A stretch of DNA of 44,140 bases. It comes from Candidatus Poribacteria bacterium (GTDB lineage Bacteria > Poribacteria > WGA-4E > UBA9662). A program made the translations under genes and the position numbers. The stretch lies in assembly GCA_036339735.1 (NCBI GenBank), contig JAYZAL010000052.1:1-44140 (forward strand), given 5' to 3'. This document shows positions 29,701 through 39,350 of this stretch, piece after piece (within the stretch, counting starts at the first letter, position 1; each line of letters begins with the position of its first letter). The notes beneath the pieces were generated by a model, which saw only the letters and a list, made by a program, of their open reading frames with translations, searched no databases and had not been told where the DNA came from.

Positions 29701-30738
29701 TTATGAGGTCGAATCGGCGAGGTTCTGCCAGTCAAATACGGCTGAAAGGTAATTGTCCTTATCTTGTGTCAGGCCAGTAAAAATTTGTTGGCAATCTTCC
29801 GGTGAAGCTTCGTGAGTCAATAATGGTTCAACCGTGATCTTGTCTTCCATGATCCAATTAACAATTTGGCGATAGTTATCAACGATATTGTGACGATGTC
29901 GGGTAACTTGGTGAGATGGCCACCTCCATTCTAGAGAACCGATTAAACGAATTGCTTCCATATGTATTCGAAATAACATCGGAGTAGCATCAAATACGGA
30001 TGGGGCACGAGGCGTGCCAAGCAAAATAGTTTCTCCATAAGACTGTGTAAGCATGACAGCCTCGGCGGCTAACTCACTGAGACCAATGGCTTCTATAGCA
30101 ATCCGAACGCCCCTGCCCTTGGTCCAGTCCATAACATAGTCTGTTAAATCGACTTCATTTGGGTTGATAACTCTTTCAATGCCACAAGCCCGAGATTTTT
30201 CAATTCGGAGTGGGTTAATTTCAGATACAACAACTTCGGCTCCTGCTAACTGAAACAGTTGAGCGGCGAAGTTACCAACCAGCCCTTGACCAATAACTAG
30301 GACTGTATCTCCAGGCTGAACTGTTGAAGAACGAAGCGCGCTGATGCTAACGCCAGCCATTCGGGAGAACACGACCTTTTTGCCACTAATATCTTCGGGA
30401 ACTGGTAATGCAAATCGAACGGCATCTGCCTTAACTAAAGATGCATGATTAGAAAAACTTAGTACCCGATCTCCAACTTTACACATGTTGACATTTTTAC
30501 CAATCTCTAACACACGACCTAAATGCCCATAACCAGTCTTCATAGGATACATTCCATGCTTTGTCATGGAGGGCATTTCCTGAATCAGGCCAGTGAAGCC
30601 TGACCCCTCAGTACCAGCACTAACAATTGAGCATTCTGACTGAATCAAAGCTTCATGATCAGATAGTTGTGTGCTGATTTCTCGTTCTTGCAATTCAACT
30701 CTATAGGGTTGAGTGAAAATTAGTTCTTGGGTTTTCAT
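29701..30738 (-). CDS. Medium-chain (zinc-binding ADH-like) dehydrogenase
   Basis: VSAGTE, GY..LGRV, VGDRV and VIGQGLVG Rossmann motif; GAGGAG RBS upstream of ATG 30738. Confidence 0.9.
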   Translation of the reverse strand: MKTQELIFTQPYRVELQEREISTQLSDHEALIQSECSIVSAGTEGSGFTGLIQEMPSMTKHGMYPMKTGYGHLGRVLEIGKNVNMCKVGDRVLSFSNHASLVKADAVRFALPVPEDISGKKVVFSRMAGVSISALRSSTVQPGDTVLVIGQGLVGNFAAQLFQLAGAEVVVSEINPLRIEKSRACGIERVINPNEVDLTDYVMDWTKGRGVRIAIEAIGLSELAAEAVMLTQSYGETILLGTPRAPSVFDATPMLFRIHMEAIRLIGSLEWRWPSHQVTRHRHNIVDNYRQIVNWIMEDKITVEPLLTHEASPEDCQQIFTGLTQDKDNYLSAVFDWQNLADSTS

Positions 30739-30907
30739 AATCAATTTCTCCTCATTAGTTAACTGTATTTATATGAAAATTGAGGTGGTCGAACCTGATC
30801 TAATTGAGTAGTGAAAAAGACTAGCAAAAGATTCGTTTTCGTTTGCTTTCAACTAGGTCGATTTATCGTAAAGAAATTATGTTAGCGACTAATAAAAGAA
30901 CAATCTA

Positions 30908-31639
30908 TTAATTAAAACGGCTTGGAATAGAATCGAAACCTAGTAGACGCTTAAGGGTTGGGGTGGCCGATCGTAATGTAGACTCGGTTGCTAGATTTAA
31001 TAAATCTTGTTGCGGCTTCATCATTGATCGACAGAAAAAACCAAGTAAACCAATTCTATCCTGATTCGTATAGTTTGCCGCCGACCCATGCCAAACCGCA
31101 CCATTTATAATTAAGACTGATCCTTTTTTTCCTAAAATCTGGACACTATCAAGGTAATCGCTATCAGGATAAGGCTTCTCAATTAGGCGATGGTGACTGG
31201 ACGGAATACAGCGAGTCGCTCCATTAGTAATCGTGAAATCATCTAAGAACCAAATACTATTAGCAACTAAGGGAAAACTTGGGCGAGGCGTTGGCAGAGT
31301 ACTCAGTGGAAAATCGATGTGCAAGCCCCCATCTTTTGACCCAGGAGCGATCCTGTTAACAGTAAAAGAACTAAGTATGCAGTCATCACCCAACAAATAT
31401 TCCATAGATGATAGAATCTGTGGGTGTTGAATTATTTCAGCAAAAATTGGATGTTTATTAACAAGGTTCCAAACTCGTTGTGATTGGCCTAGATAAAATT
31501 GAGCTGTACCGTTGGTAATTTCCAAATTGGCTAATTGGATGGAAATTTGGCGTATCTGTTCAGCTTTTTGACGAGAGATCACGGATTCTAGTAAGACAAA
31601 ACCTTGTCGGGCTAATTGGAGTTTTTGTCTATCTGTCAT
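30908..31639 (-). CDS. PhyH-family Fe(II)/2OG oxygenase
   Basis: QGFVLLE, LHID, WFLDDFTITNGAT, VWHG and conserved Arg. Confidence 0.9.
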   Translation of the reverse strand: MTDRQKLQLARQGFVLLESVISRQKAEQIRQISIQLANLEITNGTAQFYLGQSQRVWNLVNKHPIFAEIIQHPQILSSMEYLLGDDCILSSFTVNRIAPGSKDGGLHIDFPLSTLPTPRPSFPLVANSIWFLDDFTITNGATRCIPSSHHRLIEKPYPDSDYLDSVQILGKKGSVLIINGAVWHGSAANYTNQDRIGLLGFFCRSMMKPQQDLLNLATESTLRSATPTLKRLLGFDSIPSRFN

Positions 31640-31879
31640 TTAATGAATTTCTCTATTCGATGGTTTAGAAAACCAGAGAACTGATTACAATGAATTGGTC
31701 TCGTTAAGTCATTACAGTTGCTTCGTTTAAAGTAGTCATATTTACTCATAGAAGTAATACTGATCCGATCATACTAGATGTTTTATAGTTGCAAACGGTT
31801 TACTAAAAGGGCATTGTCCACAAAAACCGTATTCCTGTCTCACCTTCAGTAATACAATATCAAGCATTAATGACCAATA

Positions 31880-33355
31880 CTAAATTGACATTGTGGATTG
31901 ACTATTTCCAATCAAAACTTTGTAAACATCCATCTCTTCTTGTATTCCCTTTAGCTTAGCTCTTTCTGGAATTATAGTATAATCACTGATTTCATCTTGA
32001 ATTTCCTCTATCTCATAAACACTATCTGTAATATAGATCTCTTCTGCATCAGCTAGACCTTGAACCCTTGCTGCTACATTGACTGTTTGACCGAAATAGT
32101 CTAACCGATCGTTAAGTGTAACTGCGATTGATGAGCCCTTATGTACCCCTATTTTAATTATGATATTTTCGCCCCCATGTTGCCGATTGAACTGGTTTAG
32201 GTCTTCTACTATTTCAGTAGCGGCCTTCACCGAATCCAAAGGGTTAGCAAAGGTTGCCATTACAGCATCGCCAATCGTTTTTACAATTGCTCCGCGATTT
32301 CTAACGATGACTTTGGCAAGAGATTCAAAGTGCTGATTGACTAAATTAAATGCTTTTAGGTCCCCAACCCTGTCGTACAGTTCCGTTGAACCTTTAAGAT
32401 CTGTGAATAAAACAGTTAAATCTTTGACGTTAATCCCTTCATTTCCTTGAATAAGTTCATTCCGAAAGAGATCACGAAATGTTTGGGAAGTCAGAAGCTT
32501 TTTCCCATCTAAATATGGGTCCATTATCACAGTAGCATCTTCATCCATATTTGCTAATATCTCAGAGGGAATCAAAAATAACCCTAGGGCTAACCTACTA
32601 TCACTTTTATTTTCTACAGTAAACTTTACTCTACCAGAGTTTATCTGAGGTCGATTTATTTCAAAATCATTTTTTACGTAGGTTATATCGACATCTTGCC
32701 CGTCTATTGATAGTTCTGGTGAAATCATCAGATTTAGGCCACGGTTATTCAAGAAATCATAAACAATTAGTAGCCCATCTTGTAAATCAAATTCAAAAGT
32801 CTCTTTTTCTAACCTAGCGATAAATGCAGTGTCTTTGGTGACAGTCCCCAGGAGTCTACTCTTTTCTGGTCCACCTTCGTAAGCTTTAGCATCTCTGGTG
32901 AAATGATACTGGAAAATAAATTCATTAATCGACAGATTTTCCGGTTGATGAAATCTTATATGTCTGATTTTTGAATTGATGGTGAAAGTCACTTGAATCC
33001 AGTCATCAAGAGCAGCAATTCGTTCACACTGACAGAGAGAACAGAAAATCTTGTCTTGCATAGTATTCAAATGTCTAAAACTTTGAATGTGATCTCCACA
33101 AGCTGGACAGAGCAATTCCCAGTTCATTTCAAATAGATTCAATTTGCTGGCCCAAAGGAATAAGTCAATTCCATCACTTTCTGATATATCGTTTTCAATA
33201 GAAAACCGAATAGGGTTGACTCGGAATAAGTCGTAGTCATCGGAATTTGATATAAATTCTTCCAATTTGTCGATTAGTCCATCGGACCAACTGCGGGAAT
33301 TTTGAAGGATTTTTAAATTTTCTTTTAATAACCCGGTATTAATGTTAGCTCCCAT
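31880..33355 (-). CDS. Class III adenylate/guanylate cyclase with N-terminal DUF5939-like domain
   Basis: FRVNP and WELLCPACG...CSLC in the N-terminal domain; catalytic LFTDLKGSTELY, VKTIGDAVMA and DYFGQTVNVAARVQ; GGAG RBS. Confidence 0.92.
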   Translation of the reverse strand: MGANINTGLLKENLKILQNSRSWSDGLIDKLEEFISNSDDYDLFRVNPIRFSIENDISESDGIDLFLWASKLNLFEMNWELLCPACGDHIQSFRHLNTMQDKIFCSLCQCERIAALDDWIQVTFTINSKIRHIRFHQPENLSINEFIFQYHFTRDAKAYEGGPEKSRLLGTVTKDTAFIARLEKETFEFDLQDGLLIVYDFLNNRGLNLMISPELSIDGQDVDITYVKNDFEINRPQINSGRVKFTVENKSDSRLALGLFLIPSEILANMDEDATVIMDPYLDGKKLLTSQTFRDLFRNELIQGNEGINVKDLTVLFTDLKGSTELYDRVGDLKAFNLVNQHFESLAKVIVRNRGAIVKTIGDAVMATFANPLDSVKAATEIVEDLNQFNRQHGGENIIIKIGVHKGSSIAVTLNDRLDYFGQTVNVAARVQGLADAEEIYITDSVYEIEEIQDEISDYTIIPERAKLKGIQEEMDVYKVLIGNSQSTMSI

Positions 33356-33948
33356 TTAGATCTCCTATTTCCGATACAAGAATAAAATCAGTAATTTTCG
33401 TCACGTGTTTGGCAAAGGTTTTTACGGAACTAGGGGCGATTGTACGTGAGTTGCAAGTATAAATCAACCTTTCTGAAATTATCAAAGATGAATTAATGGT
33501 AGGCAGACCATTTAATCATCTTTGATCGAGTAATCAACAATCGATCTTTAGTCAATTACAGGATGGTTAATGTATAGAAACTAAGAAGGTAATAATTATG
33601 AAGTTGAGGGTATCAAGACTATTATTTCTTGACCTTGTAGGGCATAGTCCAGAGATTATAGCTGTTCAATCGATCGATCAACATAACCAAACAATCAGAT
33701 TTGAGAATGCCACTCATCTTGACAGAAAAAGCAAACTGTGAGACAGTCTTCGTCTCTTCTGTTAAAGATAAAGAACAATGGACCAGACCTGCCGAGTTTT
33801 CTCGGCTTTTTTTATGCTTGTAAATATAATTTCGATTCGGTTAAAAAACAAATATGGCCGGATTCCATTTTCAAATTTGTATGTTTTAGTTCCAGTTGCT
33901 GATAAGATTGAGTTACCCTTATTGGTCTGATCTGAAGGAGTTTTACAA

Positions 33949-35217
33949 ATGCCTAAATTCATTCTATTTCTGTTATTGCTGATCTCGATTCCTTTTTTAG
34001 CTAACGCTCTAGATTTAGTCGAACCAGAGGTAGCTGGGTTTATCCCCAATCGGCTTGACTGGATTGATTCCATGATTCAAGAATGTATAAACCAAAACGA
34101 GGTGCCTGGGGCAGTGGCTATCTTGATCAAGAATGGTCAAATTGGTTACTTTAAATCATTTGGATTTGCTGATATTGATAGTCAAAAACCAATGGGTAAG
34201 ACTTCCATGTTCCGTATTGCCTCGATGTCGAAACTGATAACAACCGTTGCGGCTCTTCAACTCTATGAACGGGGCCATTATCACATGGAAACGCCATTAG
34301 GATCTATCCTACCTGAGTTTGACCAGCCAGAAGTCTTTATTTCTTGGGACGAAGATAAGCAAACCTTTCAAACAGAACCAGCCAGAAAAAAAATTCGTAT
34401 GAAACACCTGTTTACTCATACTTCTGGAATTATTTATCCGATTTTTACCGATAAGGGTAGATCCGGTTATATGAAGGCTAAAATCACGGACGCATTTCCA
34501 GACGGTAGTATTGACTTAGCTGAGAATATCCGTCGTTTGGCTAGTGTTCCACTGGCCCATCAGCCCGGAGACGGCTATACCTACGGTATGAATATGGACG
34601 TGTTGGGCCGAGTGGTCGAGGTGATTGACGGTCGCCCATTTGCTCGTTACATGCGAGAAGAAATCTTTCAGCCACTAGGAATGATTGATACTGGGTTTTC
34701 TATTCCCGAAGACAAGCAGGATCGGATCGTTTCGGTTTATACAACTCGAAATGGAAAAATGAAACCCTTTGACGAACAAGTGATGGCAGAACAAGCCTCT
34801 AACAACTTTAAGGAATGGTGGAAATTAGACGCCGACAAAATCGCCTTGGGTGGTGCCGGTATTATTTCAACTACATATGACTATGCTCTTTTTTTACAAA
34901 TGTTGGTTAATAAGGGGCAGCTGAACGGAAAAAGAATTTTAGGACGAAAGACTGTTGAATTAATATCCCGCGGAGTTTACAGTCAAGGATCAGAATCAAC
35001 TACTGCTATCGGCCTTAGCGTAAGTGTAGTGGTGAATGAGAAAGGACATTATCAACCGGACTCGGTTGGTACTTTTGTCGGTGGAGGTTACTTTTATACC
35101 TCCTTTTGGGTAGATCCTAAAGAACAAATGATTGGAGTATTAATGAGTCAAATTAATCCGAGTAATAGTCAGGTGGGCGGAAACTTCAAGATTATGGCTT
35201 ATGCTGCATTAGAGTAG
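33949..35217 (+). CDS. Secreted serine hydrolase, beta-lactamase fold
   Basis: Signal peptide; FRIASMSK (SxxK), LFTHTSG, YG and FWVDP motifs; AAGGAG RBS. Confidence 0.9.
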   Translation: MPKFILFLLLLISIPFLANALDLVEPEVAGFIPNRLDWIDSMIQECINQNEVPGAVAILIKNGQIGYFKSFGFADIDSQKPMGKTSMFRIASMSKLITTVAALQLYERGHYHMETPLGSILPEFDQPEVFISWDEDKQTFQTEPARKKIRMKHLFTHTSGIIYPIFTDKGRSGYMKAKITDAFPDGSIDLAENIRRLASVPLAHQPGDGYTYGMNMDVLGRVVEVIDGRPFARYMREEIFQPLGMIDTGFSIPEDKQDRIVSVYTTRNGKMKPFDEQVMAEQASNNFKEWWKLDADKIALGGAGIISTTYDYALFLQMLVNKGQLNGKRILGRKTVELISRGVYSQGSESTTAIGLSVSVVVNEKGHYQPDSVGTFVGGGYFYTSFWVDPKEQMIGVLMSQINPSNSQVGGNFKIMAYAALE

Positions 35218-35397
35218 AGTTAGAACTAATTAGAGTTAACCTGCAGGTTTAGAAGTTGGTTAGATAAGAGGGAGTATCAACTAGCACTCACATTTATTCT
35301 CATTAAGAAATTAGTAGTTTATATCAGATAGTCCTACGATGACAATCTGGATAATCTAAATTTGAATTTTCGATTCGCTAATTTAGCAAGTGTATTA

Positions 35398-35523
35398 TGA
35401 TCAACAAAAAAGATACTTTCAATATCCAAACAAGCAGGAAAAATTACTATTCAGAATGCCTTGACGCGATAGTACGCTTTGACCCCTGATACACCGGCAT
35501 GGGTTAAGCTAATGGTAGTGATG
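35398..35523 (+). pseudogene. Decayed YkvA/DUF1232-family membrane protein fragment
   Basis: The frame from 35401 reads STKKILSISKQAGKITIQNALTR*YALTPDTPAWVKLMVV, matching the YkvA N-terminal pattern K..K.AG...I..AL..YYAL..P.TP.W.K. In-frame stops TGA 35398 and TAG 35470; the P.D.IPD core is missing. Confidence 0.6.
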
Positions 35524-36203
35524 GATTGGATATTCAACGGTGGAAACTCTTCCTTACTTTTATATTGATATTGAAAACTCATCAAAACAGTAATACATCT
35601 ATCATTTTTGATCCGCAAGTTGAAATGAAAAAGCTTTAATATTTTTTATCGATTAAGGAACCACCAATACAAACACGTCATAAATACAGTAGTAAACCAC
35701 AACATAAAATTACTGTTCTTAGGCACATTATTTTTCTCTTTACTCATACTGATAATTCCCTCTTACTTTTCATTTTAAAATTTACAAAATACAATTCTAT
35801 AAAGGCGGCTACCTCACCTTTGATTATCTACTCTACCGTAACTGGCTTACCTAGTCAGTCCAATTAATTCAATTCTAGATTTAACACCAGTTTTGGGCTT
35901 CACGGATGATTTAGGAGTCTTAATCACTGTATTATCGGCGGTAGCTGTTCATGTCAAGGATGAATATCGCCGGCAAGCGAGACAAAGTACAGTGGCTGTT
36001 CTAATATATATTCTAGTGAATAAGCAAATTTTTTAACCCCATATTGGTTGACTTAATGGAAAAACCTCACTTCTGATTAGTTACGGATCAAGACTGGATC
36101 TACCAAGGTTTACGAAGCGAATCAGGATAAAACGACTTAGTTGAAGATATAAAACAAAAAATAGTTTTGGCAATATCTTTCAAGTGATTTTGTTATAACG
36201 AAG

Positions 36204-37445
36204 TCACTCAACCGAAACATCAACATATAAATCTTCTGGAATAACGATACAATCTTCAAACTGCTTCTTATAATTCCTCATCCTTGCCCGTAACGTCTGA
36301 TCAAACCCAAAAGCAGTAATTTCAAATAGACGTAAGTTTTCGGGGGAAATAGAAATCATATACTCTATATCCTGATAATATTTCTTCAATTTAGGAATAA
36401 TAACTACCAGTGTTTTATCATACTCAATGCACAAATCCATTAGATCATATAGTGGTGGAACATTTCCATTTTTCCAGCAAACAAATGATTCTGCATGTTG
36501 ATTATTTTGTATGAATTGGTCTAGCTTGGAGAAGGTTTCTAGCATATCAGCATTACTTCTATCAGCATACATTTGCTCAATCGATCTGACAGAATAACCT
36601 TTAACTACCTTATTTAACTGACTCATTACAAAAGGAGGCCCAGGAGAATGGTATATCAATGGGTAAGAACAATTATAAGTATTGAATACAGATCTATAAG
36701 ATTTGCCCCATTTAAAAGTAACATCAAATAAAGTTGCATAAGGATAATCAGGATAAACCTGTTCTCGCCACTTTTTATTGGGAATCCAACTATCGGGTAA
36801 AACAAAACCGACGTAAATCAATTCAGAACCATAATCTAACTGAATTAAATCGGTCTCCAAGTAGGTTAATTGCAATGCCAATTGGTCGCTTTCTAGTACA
36901 GAATTAACAAATCTTTTAGGATATTTACGATTAGCTTGATCAATATCCTTTTCATTTACTAAATAATTACCAATTAAATGAGCTCCCATATCAAAAGAAT
37001 TATCATAAAACCTTAACGCATAAGTAAAAACATCGACTAAATCATCAGCTCTACCTATACATACACCAGAATTTAGAACCTTAGCTTCGGGCCTATAACC
37101 ACTTCGAGTAGGTCTTTTAAAATGATGTTCCAACGACCAAATAGGGAAACAACCGATTCCAGCACCAAAATAAACCTTCTGTTCCATATCATTAAATAAC
37201 GATAAAATTTCATCTGGTTCAGAAGGAATAATGACATTTCTATTATCACAACAAATTACTATTTCGTCAGCTGGTAACCCTTTCACAAAATCCAAATAAG
37301 CAAATATCTTCTGTTCAGCCCCAATCGAATTTTGACCAATTCCTAGTACAGATAATGGAAAATTATTCGCCTGGCACGTATATTTCAACAAACTATCAAC
37401 ATACTTTTTAGAATCAGTTTCAAAAGTAACTACAATAATACTCAT
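36204..37445 (-). CDS. PLOD/LH3 glycosyltransferase-domain-like protein with C-terminal extension
   Basis: VLGIG...KI..YLDFV..LP.DEIVICCD, VYFGA..GCFP, LNSGVCIG and SDQL motifs, matching the GT-A fold of procollagen glycosyltransferase-like proteins. Confidence 0.6.
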   Translation of the reverse strand: MSIIVVTFETDSKKYVDSLLKYTCQANNFPLSVLGIGQNSIGAEQKIFAYLDFVKGLPADEIVICCDNRNVIIPSEPDEILSLFNDMEQKVYFGAGIGCFPIWSLEHHFKRPTRSGYRPEAKVLNSGVCIGRADDLVDVFTYALRFYDNSFDMGAHLIGNYLVNEKDIDQANRKYPKRFVNSVLESDQLALQLTYLETDLIQLDYGSELIYVGFVLPDSWIPNKKWREQVYPDYPYATLFDVTFKWGKSYRSVFNTYNCSYPLIYHSPGPPFVMSQLNKVVKGYSVRSIEQMYADRSNADMLETFSKLDQFIQNNQHAESFVCWKNGNVPPLYDLMDLCIEYDKTLVVIIPKLKKYYQDIEYMISISPENLRLFEITAFGFDQTLRARMRNYKKQFEDCIVIPEDLYVDVSVE

Positions 37446-37994
37446 ATCTTTTAAGAACCTGGGCCCTAATAACCTACAGAGATTTCATTTTGGGTAATAA
37501 GATCGGCAGATACTAAACGCTGAATTCGGCAAACTCTAGTTCATGATTATACCAACCACTCATGTACTGATGACAGAGACAAATGAGTTCATATAGAATC
37601 AGTAGGAAATTTTAATTCTAATGGGTATGATTGATATGATATAGCGAATAATAACTACAAATAATGTCAAGATTAGTATAGTAGTAAACGAAAATTTCGA
37701 GTGTTCTGGGGTGAGTTTCGGCTAAGATCACCATCAGCCTACGACTAGCTGTCCGTTGTGGTCCCTACTACGAGATCCAAGACTTTCGGAGCTCGATATG
37801 TGTCAGGATTGCCTTAAATTACCTTTGGTCCATCAGTCGTACTTGCTTTTACGCATTACCATTGGATCCTAGATATGCCTTCGATTTTCTCCCTGATTCT
37901 GAATTTTACCTTTATCTTTCTATGGAGGTAGATCTTAATCCTAATTATCAGTGCGTGTAAGGATACTTTTCGTTCTCCTATTATTATAGTTTTA

Positions 37995-38819
37995 TTATAG
38001 GAACTGTCCCGAAGTTTTGTGAACACGATCCCCGTGGTCACAGATTCGTTTCATTTCTTGACTGGTTAAAGAACGATAGTCATTGAGTAAATTGAGATTT
38101 TCGTCTAATTCGACCCGGTCATTAGGAGAAGTAAGTCCAACTGAGACTGCATTGTTAGAAAGCACAAACCGATAACAATCCTGAGCTGTTGGAGGTACCG
38201 TATTTGGGGGATCTTCTGCTGTACTTTTCAGCAGCGCCCCCCAGCGGAGTCCGGTGAAGGCGACAACTGGTATGCTCAGCGGAACTGTCACTGGAAATAC
38301 CTCTCGCTCGGCTCCTCGATGGGCAGCATTGTAACGGATCATCAATAACGATACATCTTTCCGTTCTGCCCGCTGAGCGGCCAATTTTCTTTGGTGTGTC
38401 GTTAAGCCGACAAATCTGATAACTCCTTCATCCATAGCTTGCAGAACTACGCCTAACGCTCCTTCCTTTCCGCTGATAATTTCCCATTCGTCTTCCGTTT
38501 CCACATAATAAAATGTCAATACGTCAATCCAACTGGTATCTAGATTCTTCAGCAGTTGATCCAGTTCTCTTCTAGCTCGATCTTGGCAACGAGCAAAGAA
38601 TTGAGTAGCGATAACAATTTGGTCTCTCTGGTAATTCGAAAGTTGTCGAATTGCTTGGCTCATTCCATCTGGGTGACCACACCAGTTGAGATAGTTAATA
38701 CCTCGATCAATTGCGTGGTCAACATCCTGAGATGTTAGGTGTGTGTCGCCACGAGTGGCAAGTCCGAGTCGGCACACAGGGTCGCCACTTCGTGTTGTGA
38801 TATCAGATGAAAAAATCAT
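37995..38819 (-). CDS. Aldo/keto reductase-like protein
   Basis: RLGL, RGINY, LDTSWID, IRFVGLTTH and RYNAAHRGAE; AAGGGAAG upstream. Confidence 0.85.
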   Translation of the reverse strand: MIFSSDITTRSGDPVCRLGLATRGDTHLTSQDVDHAIDRGINYLNWCGHPDGMSQAIRQLSNYQRDQIVIATQFFARCQDRARRELDQLLKNLDTSWIDVLTFYYVETEDEWEIISGKEGALGVVLQAMDEGVIRFVGLTTHQRKLAAQRAERKDVSLLMIRYNAAHRGAEREVFPVTVPLSIPVVAFTGLRWGALLKSTAEDPPNTVPPTAQDCYRFVLSNNAVSVGLTSPNDRVELDENLNLLNDYRSLTSQEMKRICDHGDRVHKTSGQFL

Positions 38820-39174
38820 TTGCTTCCCTTTCCTAAATTAAATCGGAATCCATAGTAACACAAGGAGACAAACTGAGAAAATAGAATGATCAAATATACA
38901 AATAGGCTGAAATATACTCGGCCCGTCCATCGACAAACAATACTAATAAGAGGCAATAGTACAGCCGAATTCAAATTACAGGACAAGTAATTGTGGCTGT
39001 CTAGGAAACCAACTTAAGCATAAATTCGATGGCTGATAGCAAATAGTAAAAGCTAAATGTAGGAAAAAAGATTGGTTAGCCTAGATGGTAGAAAGTTAAA
39101 TTTAGATCATAGACTTGATGGAATTTAGACAATTTTGTTCTGATCATTGATTCAATAATTGGAACAACAAAGTC

Positions 39175-39203
39175 TTGACGTAGGCCATCGATTTTGCTAC
39201 GGT
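39175..39203 (+). promoter_or_regulatory. Possible sigma70 promoter for the dehydratase gene
   Basis: TTGACG, 17-nt spacer ending in TGC, TACGGT. Confidence 0.4.
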
Positions 39204-39350
39204 ATTCCAACCATAAGTTACTTAATTATAATTGAAACGTGAAGGCCGGGTTAGCGGAAAAAGTGAAAACTCACATCAGGTTTCACTCGCTGTAGGTAGC
39301 CTTTGAGCTTTATTTTTCACGAATCGCATATAATTGCAAAGGAATTCGTC

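Noticed and set aside
23099-33731. Identical CTTGACAGAAAAAG near 23099 and 33718
   Set aside because: Only two copies of a low-complexity, -35-like word; insufficient for a repeat or operator call.
8969-35217. The two beta-lactamase-fold genes (8969-10018 and 33949-35217) as antibiotic-resistance genes
   Set aside because: Their motifs fit generic esterase/amidase serine hydrolases; neither has the class C YxN/KTG set.
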